Assembly (NCBI GenBank): GCA_040756235.1
Contig: JBFLZG010000088.1
Span: 1 to 18,948 of the forward strand
Length of the DNA: 18,948 bases
DNA from: a bacterium
GTDB lineage: Bacteria; Desulfobacterota; DSWW01
Reading direction: 5' to 3'
In this document: positions 9,294-17,157 of the stretch, in pieces
Layout: each line of letters starts with the position of its first letter
How positions within the stretch are numbered: position 1 is the stretch's first letter
Program-made: the position numbers and the translations under genes
Notes under the pieces: model-generated
Told to the model about the DNA's origin: nothing
What the model saw: the letters and a program-made list of their open reading frames with translations, nothing else
Databases searched by the model: none

Positions 9294-9330
9294 TCCGTCA
9301 CCCCGGCGCAGGCCGGGGTCCAGTCCCTGC
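9294..9330. repeat. REP-like palindromic repeat, copy 2 (inverted relative to 27-63)
   Basis: 37/37 reverse-complement identity with 27-63. Confidence 0.85.
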
Positions 9331-9370
9331 TCCGCGTGATGACGTCTCCGTTCCCTTGTGCAGACCTCTC

Positions 9371-9412
9371 GATCCCGGCTCGCACGCGCTACGCGGCGGG
9401 GCCGGGATGACG
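9371..9412. repeat. GATCCCGGC...GCCGGGATGACG palindromic repeat
   Basis: Stem atcccggc/gccgggat; the terminal 14 bp are shared in inverted orientation with 74-87. Confidence 0.7.
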
Positions 9413-9437
9413 GACAGAGTCAGTGTGATCTTCAAGA

Positions 9438-9467
9438 TTGACACAAAAAGGCCTCTGAACGCATTCT
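9438..9467 (+). promoter_or_regulatory. Possible sigma70 promoter of the oxidoreductase
   Basis: TTGACA (9438-9443), 18-nt spacer, CATTCT (9462-9467). The -10 is weak. Confidence 0.3.
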
Positions 9468-9682
9468 TGAGGAAGTGCGGAAAGCTGCTGCGGAGCAAGG
9501 GGTCACTCAGCAGGCCATGTATTTTCAGCAATCTGCTGAGCGCCACGAGAAGGAGTCGCAATTCTGGCAGACCCGGACCTTCTGGGTCTCGAAATAGGTT
9601 GTCTTACGTCACTCGCTAGCGGATCGTCGGAGCTTTCGCTGATCGAAACTTTTCGCAGCCCTCGTCCCGGGGGGAGGTGACC

Positions 9683-11653
9683 ATGACCGTCAAACCCGGA
9701 GAAACAGCGGCCCAGTTCCAGCACCTGTTTACCCCTCTCAAGATCGGCAGCTTCACCGTGCGCAACCGCATCGTCAGCACGGCCGACGGCACTTGTTACA
9801 GCCAGGATGGCCTGCCGTCGGAGCGCTACCTGCACTATTGGGCCTCCAAGGCCAAGGGCGGCATCGGCCTGATCTGCACCGAAGCCCAGCCCGTGCACCC
9901 TTCGGCGCTCGGCCACCCTTTCGTGTTCTATTCGATCCACGCCTGGAAGGAAGAGATCATCGAGCCGTTCCGCAAGATCGTGGATGCTGTCCATCGATAC
10001 GGCGCCAAGATCGTGGCCCAGCTCTGGCACCCGGGGCGCGGCACCAGCAGCAAGCACACCGGCCAGGCCGCCTGGTCGGCCTCGCCGCTTCCCGATCCCA
10101 CGTACCAGGAAACTCCGCACGAGATGACCCTCGAGGAAATCCAAGAGGTCGTCCAGGCTTACGGTGACTGTGCACGCCGCATGCGGGAAGCCGGTCTGGA
10201 CGGCGTGGAGATCCATGCTGCGCACGGTTACCTGATCGAGCAGTTCATGTCGCCGCTCAGCAACGTGCGCACCGACCCGTACGGCGGGAGCGAGGAGAAT
10301 CGTCTCCGTTTCGTCCGGGAGGTCATCGACGTCACGCGCACCGCCGTCGGCAGCGATTACACCGTGGGCATTCGCGTGAGCGGGGACGAGTTCGAGCCCG
10401 GCGGTCTCACGCTGCAGGACATGCAGCGCATCGTCCCCAAGATCACCTCCTCGGGCAAGCTGGACTACGTCAGCGTCACGCAGCGGGGCCCGGTCCTGGC
10501 CCAGGTCTCTCCCCCCATGTACGTCGCTCCCGGCCCCTTTCTCTACCTGGCGGCGGGCATCAAGGAAGTGACCGATCTGCCCGTCTTCTGTGTGGGCCGC
10601 ATCCGCGATCCCCTGATGGCCGAACAGATCCTCGCCAGGAACCAGGCCGACATGGTCGGGATGACCAGGGCCAACATATGCGATCCGGAGCTGCCCAACA
10701 AGGCCCGCGAGGGAAGACTGGACGAGATCCGCCGTTGCATCGGCTGCAACGAAGGCTGCTGCGGGCGCCTCGAGGAGAGCATGCCGATCACCTGTGCCAT
10801 CAACCCCAGCGTCGGGCGCGAGAAGGAGACCCAAATAACACCCGCCCCGGTGAAGAAGAGGGTGATGGTCATCGGCGCCGGCATCGCCGGCATGGAGGCG
10901 GCACGGGTGGCGGCCGCCCGCGGCCATCGGGTCAGCCTCTACGAGAAGGAAGGGCAGCTCGGCGGCCAGCTTCAAATCGCCGCCAAGGCCCCCGGCCGCC
11001 TCGACATGGCCGAGCCCGTGCGCTATTACGAGACCCAGTTCAGGCTGCTGGGGGTCGACATCCATCTCGATACCGAGGTGGACGTCGACCTGGTGTCCCG
11101 AGAGAATCCGGAAGCCGTCATCGTGGCCACCGGGGGCCTGCCCGCAGTCCCGAACATTCCGGGGGTCGACCGGCCCGGCGTCATCCAGGCCCGTGACGTG
11201 CTGGCCGGCAGGGCGGAGGCCGGCGAGAAGGTGATCGTGGTCGCCAGCGGGCAGGGGATGGAGGGCCTCACCACCGCAGACTTTCTGGCCGAGCGGGGCA
11301 GGAATGTGGAGGTCCTCATCCCCTATCCCACCATCACCTCCAAGGTGGACGTGATCACCTTCGTGCATCTGCTGCCCCGTCTCCTCGGCAAGGGAGTGAT
11401 CCTCAGCACGCTCCAGTCGGTCACGAAAATCGAGGCAAGTGCAGTGGTCGCGGTGAATCCCTTCAGCATGCAGCAGCGGCGAATCGAGGGGATCCATACG
11501 GTGGTGCTGGCTGGGGGAAGCAGGGCCGATGACCGTCTCTGGAAAGCGCTCAGGGGCAGGGTCAGGGAACTGTACGGCGCCGGCCAGTGCGTTGCCCCGC
11601 GCAAGATGCTGGAGTCCACTCTAGACGGCTTGCAGGCGGGGCTCGCGGTCTGA
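9683..11653 (+). CDS. NADH:flavin oxidoreductase, Old Yellow Enzyme family (FadH/BaiCD-like: FMN barrel, 4Fe-4S, FAD/NAD domains)
   Basis: LFTPLKIG..RNRIV, EIHAAHGYLIEQF, RTDPYGGS, cluster motif CIGCNEGC...C and Rossmann VIGAGIAG, VIVATG. GGAGG 5 nt before ATG 9683. Confidence 0.92.
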   Translation: MTVKPGETAAQFQHLFTPLKIGSFTVRNRIVSTADGTCYSQDGLPSERYLHYWASKAKGGIGLICTEAQPVHPSALGHPFVFYSIHAWKEEIIEPFRKIVDAVHRYGAKIVAQLWHPGRGTSSKHTGQAAWSASPLPDPTYQETPHEMTLEEIQEVVQAYGDCARRMREAGLDGVEIHAAHGYLIEQFMSPLSNVRTDPYGGSEENRLRFVREVIDVTRTAVGSDYTVGIRVSGDEFEPGGLTLQDMQRIVPKITSSGKLDYVSVTQRGPVLAQVSPPMYVAPGPFLYLAAGIKEVTDLPVFCVGRIRDPLMAEQILARNQADMVGMTRANICDPELPNKAREGRLDEIRRCIGCNEGCCGRLEESMPITCAINPSVGREKETQITPAPVKKRVMVIGAGIAGMEAARVAAARGHRVSLYEKEGQLGGQLQIAAKAPGRLDMAEPVRYYETQFRLLGVDIHLDTEVDVDLVSRENPEAVIVATGGLPAVPNIPGVDRPGVIQARDVLAGRAEAGEKVIVVASGQGMEGLTTADFLAERGRNVEVLIPYPTITSKVDVITFVHLLPRLLGKGVILSTLQSVTKIEASAVVAVNPFSMQQRRIEGIHTVVLAGGSRADDRLWKALRGRVRELYGAGQCVAPRKMLESTLDGLQAGLAV

Positions 11654-11784
11654 GCAGGCCCGCACCTCTCTCCTACGGTGCGCAGCGCACGGCCCTTGCT
11701 GCATCCTCAAGGTCGGGCTGATGGCAGAGACTTCGGATCGGGGGCAAGGGCGAAGCGAACGATCCATCCGGACCCCCGCGCCGC

Positions 11785-12576
11785 TCATGCCACGAGCCGT
11801 CTTGCGAAGCCCATGTAGGACACGCGCAGATCGTGGCTCTCGCAGAAAGCCAGGCGCTGGCCGAGCTCCCTGAAGGAGATCCGCCCCTTCACGCGCCGGC
11901 GGAAATCGAGCCAGACCCCGAGCGGGCTGCGCCGGGTCGAGATCCCACGCATCTCCCTCTGTTCGAAGCCATGCGCACGGAGCAGGGCGCAGAACTCGGC
12001 GGGCTTGATGAACTTCTCCCAGACGTGCGAGTTGGGCGGAGCGAAGGCCGTCGACCTCCATTCCTGCATGACTTTGATGACGGCGACCTTGCTCATCAGG
12101 GTGCGGTTGATGGTGTCGTACAAGAACAGACCGCCGGGCTTGAGCACGCGGGCGATTTCGCCGACGACGCGCGCCAGATCGTCCACGTGCTCCAGCACAT
12201 CGCAGCAGGCAGCCACATCGAAGGACGTATCGGCGAAGGGAAGGTGCTCGCCTGAGCCGACCCGGTACTCGATCTTCAGACCGGACTCGGCCGCATGCGC
12301 CCGTGCGGCCTCGATGGACTCCGGGGCCGGGTCGATGCCGGTCACCCGCGCTCCGGCGCGGGCGAAGTCCTCGGCCAGGATCCCGCCACCGCAGCCGACG
12401 TCGAGCAGCGTGAGCGCTCCGCCGCGCGGCCCTTCGCGGCGGAGGACCCGGTCGAAGTAGCCGAACCGGACCGGATTCACGAAGAAGCGGATCGTACTGA
12501 AGCCACCCACGGCGTCGTCCCACCAGGCGTGGCCCATACGCCGGTACACTTCGTTGTCCACGCGCGCGGCGGTCAT
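11785..12576 (-). CDS. ubiG: UbiG-family SAM-dependent O-methyltransferase
   Basis: WWD...NPVRFGYF, LDVGCGGGILAE, DVLEHV, LKPGG, TINRT and KFIKP are characteristic of UbiG. The symbol is family-level; substrate not established. Confidence 0.8.
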   Translation of the reverse strand: MTAARVDNEVYRRMGHAWWDDAVGGFSTIRFFVNPVRFGYFDRVLRREGPRGGALTLLDVGCGGGILAEDFARAGARVTGIDPAPESIEAARAHAAESGLKIEYRVGSGEHLPFADTSFDVAACCDVLEHVDDLARVVGEIARVLKPGGLFLYDTINRTLMSKVAVIKVMQEWRSTAFAPPNSHVWEKFIKPAEFCALLRAHGFEQREMRGISTRRSPLGVWLDFRRRVKGRISFRELGQRLAFCESHDLRVSYMGFARRLVA

Positions 12577-12923
12577 CGCGGCGCCCCCGCGTGGAAGGCA
12601 TGCCCGACGAAGATGAGCAGCACGACCGCAACGACCGCCCCGGCGATCAGGGCCTCGCGGCGAGCCTCGGGAGTGTGCCCGGACGGACCATTGAGGTGTT
12701 TCCAGAGTCCTCGCCGGTTGAGGATGACGTGCCAGACGGTGAAGACCGTGAAAAGCAGCCCGAGGACGTTGTGCGCCGACATCCAGGCATGCCGCGCGAC
12801 CGACAGCGCGGTAAATTCGTGGAAATGATTCGCGAGTCCGGTCGGGGGCAGCCCCACTCCCGTGAAGGTCATCATCAGGGCCACGAAGGCACGCACGTTG
12901 AACTTCCTGTCGACCTTTGTCAT
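12573..12923 (-). CDS. DUF4405-like small membrane protein
   Basis: Three hydrophobic segments with the His pattern W..AH..LGLLF.....WH..LN. ATGA overlap with the methyltransferase. Confidence 0.7.
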   Translation of the reverse strand: MTKVDRKFNVRAFVALMMTFTGVGLPPTGLANHFHEFTALSVARHAWMSAHNVLGLLFTVFTVWHVILNRRGLWKHLNGPSGHTPEARREALIAGAVVAVVLLIFVGHAFHAGAPR

Positions 12924-12944
12924 CGCCGGGCTCCTTTCTGGATG

Positions 12945-13406
12945 CTAGCGCAGACCCTCCAGGTACGTGCGCATCTTTGCGAGCGCTCTCCTGGCGGCCG
13001 CGAGGTCCTCCGGTCCGATGACCGAGTCGAGCGAACGCTCGAGTTCGTGGCTCCGGGCATGGATCTCCTCGAAGGCCTTGAGCCCCCTGGACGAAAGCCT
13101 CACGTAGCTCCGGCGGCGGTCCCGAGGGTCCGCCCGACGTAAGATCAGCCGGTTGCGCTCCATCTCCTGGAGCAGACGCGTTACCGCTGCCGGATTGATC
13201 CCGAGCTGACGCGCGAGCTCCATCACGCCGAGACCGTCCTCGGAGATGGCCAGGAGCCGCATCACGGCGAGCTGCGAGGCCGGCATGCCGACTTGGCGCG
13301 AAAAGCCGGCCATCAGAATCTGGTGGATGCGCATGACCTCGCGCAGCAGGTGCGATTCGTCGCCGCGGTGGCGGCCCTCTTCGGCAGAGCGTTCGTCGTG
13401 TCTCAT
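12945..13406 (-). CDS. MarR family transcriptional regulator
   Basis: ELARQLGINPAAVTRLLQEME HTH and DPRDRRRSYVRLSSRG wing. ATG 13406 preferred because the upstream in-frame extension spans the promoter. Confidence 0.9.
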   Translation of the reverse strand: MRHDERSAEEGRHRGDESHLLREVMRIHQILMAGFSRQVGMPASQLAVMRLLAISEDGLGVMELARQLGINPAAVTRLLQEMERNRLILRRADPRDRRRSYVRLSSRGLKAFEEIHARSHELERSLDSVIGPEDLAAARRALAKMRTYLEGLR

Positions 13407-13412
13407 GCGCCT

Positions 13413-13441
13413 AGTCTTGCCAATATCATTGACATTGTCAA
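13413..13441 (-). promoter_or_regulatory. marR promoter overlapped by a palindromic operator
   Basis: TTGACA-T-TGTCAA palindrome at 13429-13441. On the minus strand, TTGACA, 17-nt spacer, AAGACT, then 6 nt to the ATG. Confidence 0.6.
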
Positions 13442-13586
13442 GCATATGCCGGAGCTGGCCGACTGAGGGCGGGCTCGCAACACCTGCTTCCGAACCAGCT
13501 CCTGTGACGTTCGCCTACCGGACCTCACAGCTGCCCGCCGCTGACCCGCAATTCGGGCACCTCAAAGCGGCGCCCTGGCCACGGGG

Positions 13587-13615
13587 TTGGCAGGTTGTAG
13601 CCGCAGGGCTACATT
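13587..13615 (+). promoter_or_regulatory. TA operon promoter with operator palindrome
   Basis: TTGGCA, 17-nt spacer, TACATT. Inverted repeat TGTAGCC-GCAG-GGCTACA (13596-13613) lies in the spacer and overlaps the -10. Confidence 0.7.
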
Positions 13616-13621
13616 AAGGTT

Positions 13622-13917
13622 ATGAGCGAAATTCGCAAGACCGATGCCTTTGCTCAATGGCTCGATGGCTTGCGCGATATTCAAGAGAGAGCGCGGATCC
13701 AAGCCAGGATCGAACGGCTCTTCGCTGGAAACGCTGGCGATGTCGAGCCAGTCGGCGAAGGTGCATCGGAGCTGCAAATCAACTACGGTCCCGGTTACCG
13801 GGTGTATTTCAAGAAACACGGGCGAGAGCGGATCATTCTGCTGGCTGGCGGTGATAAGAGTACCCAAGCAAGGACATCAAAGCAGCTTTGCGCCTCGCAC
13901 GTAACCTTTCGGAGTAG
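13622..13917 (+). pseudogene. RelE/ParE-superfamily 'addiction module killer' toxin (HI1419-like), frameshifted near 13870
   Basis: WLDGLRD..RARIQARIERL..GN.GD..PVGEG.SEL.INYGPGYRVYF...LLAGGDKSTQ. The family-type tail KDIKAALRLARNLSE* is in the -1 frame (13870-13917). Confidence 0.85.
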
Positions 13918-13922
13918 CCGCT

Positions 13923-14222
13923 ATGGCCAAGACCGCTACGACTCGCTATGACGTTGCCGAACACCTCAGAACCCCGGAGGAGATGGCTGCCTGCCTCGAG
14001 GCCTGCCTTGAAGAGGCGGACGGAGATGCCGCTTTCATTGCCAAGGCCCTTGGCGACATTGCTCGCGCCAAAGGAATGGCGCAGGTAGCACGAGATGCCG
14101 GACTGTCCCACGAAAGTCTGTACAAGGCACTCTCCGGTGAGCGCAGCCCTGGCTTCGATACGATCCTCAAGGTCATTGGGGCGTTGGGTTTGAAGCTGCA
14201 TGCCGCAGCTGATCACAGCTAA
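13923..14222 (+). CDS. HTH 'addiction module antidote' antitoxin (HI1420-like)
   Basis: YDVAEHLRTPEEMAA, ALGDIARAKGMAQVARDAGLS.ESLYKALS and P.FDTILKV..ALGLKL. GGAG RBS at 13911-13914. Confidence 0.9.
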   Translation: MAKTATTRYDVAEHLRTPEEMAACLEACLEEADGDAAFIAKALGDIARAKGMAQVARDAGLSHESLYKALSGERSPGFDTILKVIGALGLKLHAAADHS

Positions 14223-14333
14223 CCAAGATTCGGTTCATCCACTGTGTGGAGGAGGGGTCACCCTGTTCGTTAACCGAACGCTCCCATATGTCACGATCGA
14301 AACATCAGCCCCGTAGGGGTCCAGCTCAGTGTC

Positions 14334-14431
14334 CACATTCTGCTACGCGGCGGGCTGGTTTCGACCCCCGAGAAGGAGTGAATCTCGGCCACCGATTCCC
14401 CGTTTGATCGGTAATCCCTTGAGAGCAAGAA
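14334..14431 (+). repeat. Degenerate non-coding direct repeat, copy A
   Basis: 14373-14408 matches 16401-16436 at 30/36 without gaps. Both copies share TGAGAGCAAGAA and an upstream 15/19 block. Confidence 0.7.
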
Positions 14432-14829
14432 ATATGTACTTGGAAGAACCGGCCGGGAGGTCAAGGTCTCGCGGATGGCATCTCAACGTGGGCAGAGTCG
14501 GATCCGGCAGCCATCCGGAACCGTCGAAGCAACGAGCGATGTTCGAGCCTGACCCTGTTTTCTCGGTTGGAGCCAAACCCAAAAACGGCCCCACTCGCGG
14601 ATCTATAATAGGTCGCCCAGCGCCATTTCTGGACTCGTTACTCACCGGTGCCTTACCCTGAGCAGATCTCCGGCTCTGGGCGTACTTGCTGGAGAGCGGG
14701 AAACCGGAGTCCCCGGCCCGGCCCCAGTTGGCAACAGAGATCGATAAGGACACACGAGAACCGACGAAAAGTTTCGTTCCAGCCGAGTGTTCTGAAGAAC
14801 CCCTTGCATCGCGCCATGAGGATGTAGTA

Positions 14830-14865
14830 TGTGAAACCATGGTGTTTCACAAATGACATGTCATT
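14830..14865. promoter_or_regulatory. Tandem palindromes upstream of the pentapeptide-channel gene
   Basis: TGTGAAA-N8-TTTCACA (14830-14851) immediately followed by the perfect palindrome AATGACATGTCATT (14852-14865). Confidence 0.45.
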
Positions 14866-14919
14866 GTCATCGGAAAAGACACCGAACCCGCCAGTCTGAT
14901 GATCGAGGAGTGACGCGGC

Positions 14920-16182
14920 GTGGCCAATCTGGACAGTGATGACCCGAGAGAGCAAGACTCTACTCATATACGATGCAATCCAAACTGTCCCCTGGCAAGA
15001 TCATCTCCTCGCTGTCCATTTTCTCTCGGGCCGCCTGGTTCTCCTTCACCTGAGACACGGATTCCTCTTCCTGGAGCATCCGATTTTTCAATGGAAGATT
15101 ACTCTCTCTTACTGAGATGTTCAGAGACCAGGAACCTCACAGAATGGAACCGAAGTCGCATCAAGCGTCTGCCAAAGACATCCACAGTGATCAACCTCGA
15201 AGGGTATGATCTCAATCTAGATGGTTACGCTCTCATCAAAACAGCTGATTTGTCCGGTGCACGCCTGCAAAAGGCATATCTGAACGGGGCACTCCTACGC
15301 GGTGCGAAACTGATGAATTCCAAGCTGCAAGCTGCAACGTTAATCGGAGCAGACCTCTCGGGTGCTGATCTAAGCTGCGCTAATCTCGAAGGAGCAGACC
15401 TCGAAAATGTGAACCTCACCGGGGCTAGATTATCAGGCGCGAGCCTACGGTTCGCCAGGCTTCAGGGCACTAGATTCTCACAGTCAGCTCTTGGAGGAGC
15501 TGATTTTACTGGAGCAAGCCTCCATGGAGCCAGTTTGGAAGGTGCCGTCGTTGACGGAAGTACGAGGTTCTGGAACTGCAAATTCGACAAGAGTACTTCT
15601 TTTTTAGGGGTCGGGCTTTCAGGGGCCAGCATTGAGCCGGGGTTTCGTGTTGCTCTTGAGGCAAACATCAGACGGTTGAGTTGGGCATCATGGTCTGCGC
15701 GGCATGCTGTTGCCAAGTTTCCTGTCAATATGTTCTGGTGGCTTTCTGATTTTGGCACATCTACTACACGTGTCTTATTCACCTTCTTTGCCACAGCAGT
15801 TATCTTTGCTTTTGTTTACGCTGCGCTTCCGGAACTGACGAACAACCTGGGAGGCCATCTTGCAGGTTCTCGTACGGGAGGTCCGGCGCTCACAGCTCTT
15901 AGGGCTCTGTACTTTTCTATTGTGACTATGACAACACTTGGATTTGGTGATATACATGCAAACCCCATCAGCAAAGCTGCACACATTCTTCTTATATTGC
16001 AGGTATTGCTGGGATACTTCTTTCTAGCCGTACTTGTCACTAGACTTTCAATAATCCTACAGTCTCCTGCCCCGTCTGCTGAACCGACCCAGCCTGATCC
16101 ACCTGGACCTCGTGAAATACTGCCAAAGGACTTTAAAATAACTATTCCTCCACCCGTCATTGCATCTGACGAAGACCGATAA
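14920..16182 (+). CDS. Pentapeptide-repeat protein fused to a 2-TM K+-channel-like pore (Ion_trans_2)
   Basis: 21 consecutive A(D/N)LxG-type pentapeptides (15244-15558), then TM1, pore helix ALYFSIV, filter TMTTLGFGD (15925-15951) and TM2. Start is GTG 14920 (GAGGAG upstream) or ATG 15091. Confidence 0.88.
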   Translation: MANLDSDDPREQDSTHIRCNPNCPLARSSPRCPFSLGPPGSPSPETRIPLPGASDFSMEDYSLLLRCSETRNLTEWNRSRIKRLPKTSTVINLEGYDLNLDGYALIKTADLSGARLQKAYLNGALLRGAKLMNSKLQAATLIGADLSGADLSCANLEGADLENVNLTGARLSGASLRFARLQGTRFSQSALGGADFTGASLHGASLEGAVVDGSTRFWNCKFDKSTSFLGVGLSGASIEPGFRVALEANIRRLSWASWSARHAVAKFPVNMFWWLSDFGTSTTRVLFTFFATAVIFAFVYAALPELTNNLGGHLAGSRTGGPALTALRALYFSIVTMTTLGFGDIHANPISKAAHILLILQVLLGYFFLAVLVTRLSIILQSPAPSAEPTQPDPPGPREILPKDFKITIPPPVIASDEDR

Positions 16183-16356
16183 TTCGGTCCCTCACAGTGG
16201 TCTCACTGCGCAAAGCCGCTGTACTTGTAGGATTCTATAACTGAAGCCCTCTCGGGCGATATCAAAATACTCTAGTGTGATCTTTCGTGTTGCGCCCAGA
16301 TAGAGGTGCGGATCGGGATGTTGAGACATTACTCTGCAGCGGCCTTCTGCGCGTTG

Positions 16357-16471
16357 CATATTTTGCTATGCGCCGCCGGCGCGCCTCTTAGGCTTCCGGA
16401 AAGGAGGCAATCTCGGCAAGCGATACTCCGTTTGATTTGCCGAGTAGGCTCCCGATCCCTGAGAGCAAGAA
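16357..16471 (+). repeat. Degenerate non-coding direct repeat, copy B
   Basis: See copy A. This copy also contains the stem ctcggcaa/ttgccgag. Confidence 0.7.
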
Positions 16472-16591
16472 GTCTGGAACCGGAAAGCGAGGTTCTGGGA
16501 CGAAGATCGCCAGCAGAGATATGACTTTTCCGTGAAGGGCGGCCCGCCCCGTTCACGGCTTTCCTTCGAGGACCACAGGCGTTCTAGCGAG

Positions 16592-16654
16592 CACACACAC
16601 ACAACGAGCATCGGTATCTTGAACCAGGGCGTCCGGAGCCCGGCCGCTCGCTTC
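16592..16654 (+). pseudogene. Possible remnant of an integron integrase (IntI) 3' end
   Basis: Translates HTHTTSIGILNQGVRSPAARF, resembling the IntI C-terminal pattern TT.IYTHVLN....GVRSP.D. Short match and no catalytic Tyr. Confidence 0.25.
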
Positions 16655-17033
16655 TCATCGCACCGCTTAGGTTGCCTTCCCTCGCGGCCTATCGCACACG
16701 CAAGATGCCCGAGGATAGCACGCGTGCCAGGCGGTTTAGCGAGAAGCAGAATCCCACACCTACGGGTGTGGTCATGGGGACTGGCTAAGCCGGTCCAGAA
16801 TGGGAATGGCCAAAGGCCCAACGTTGGTGAGGGTCCAGATTGACCGATAAGCATCATCCGATAGGACTCTCATGTGGGCTCGTGATTGCTGCCGAGTTAA
16901 ATCCGCTCCAAGTGGAGGCAGGTCTTCTCGTCCCCCCTAATGGGGGGCTCAAACAGGCCGCACCCTGAGGGTGCGGATTCTTTACCCTGGCGGCAGCGCT
17001 CTCTCCATCCACGGTGTAACAACTTGATTCTGA

Positions 17034-17063
17034 TTGACACATCCCCCATCGTCATGTCATATT
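17034..17063 (+). promoter_or_regulatory. Putative sigma70 promoter of the FRG-DUF4145 pair
   Basis: TTGACA, 18-nt spacer, CATATT, with an extended -10 TG at 17055-17056. Confidence 0.45.
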
Positions 17064-17157
17064 CCGACCCGGCAAACCGATCCCGTCCCACCCCATTATG
17101 GGGGGACTGCTTCACTGGCCAATTAATTAAAGAGTTAGTTCTCCGGGGGATCGGAGT

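Noticed and set aside
9546..9556. CGAGAAGGAGT shared with repeat copy A
   Set aside because: Only 11 bp with no colinear flanks; compatible with chance.
630..11497. Very long minus-strand ORFs (630-2285, 3749-6391, 5736-9206, 9503-11497) and alternative-frame plus ORFs
   Set aside because: Shadows of well-supported genes in GC-rich DNA, with no recognisable motifs.
13490..13560. attC right-half-like sequence upstream of the TA pair
   Set aside because: No intact GTTRRRY at the expected spacing and no matching left half.
13860..13880. Programmed -1 frameshift in the toxin
   Set aside because: No slippery heptamer or obvious stimulator; a deletion or sequencing error is simpler.
14217..14275. 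AGCTAAC ... GTTAACC as a complete attC
   Set aside because: The internal sequence does not pair as an attC; GTTAAC sits in its own small hairpin. Kept only as an R''-like hint.
14830..14851. CRP or Rex box
   Set aside because: Half-site spacing is too long for either consensus; left as an unassigned palindrome.
14329..14967. Short ORFs in the spacer (also those in 16306-17196 and 18716-18940)
   Set aside because: No recognisable domains, and they overlap repeats, promoters or intron RNA domains.
16816..16902. GCCCAAC ... GTTAAAT as a complete attC
   Set aside because: No complementary L''/L' boxes or central stem, and no ORF ends convincingly at it.
17071..17120. GGCAAACC...GGGAC resembling a c-di-GMP-I riboswitch
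   Set aside because: Lacks the GNRA tetraloop, the following GCAAA and the receptor stem.
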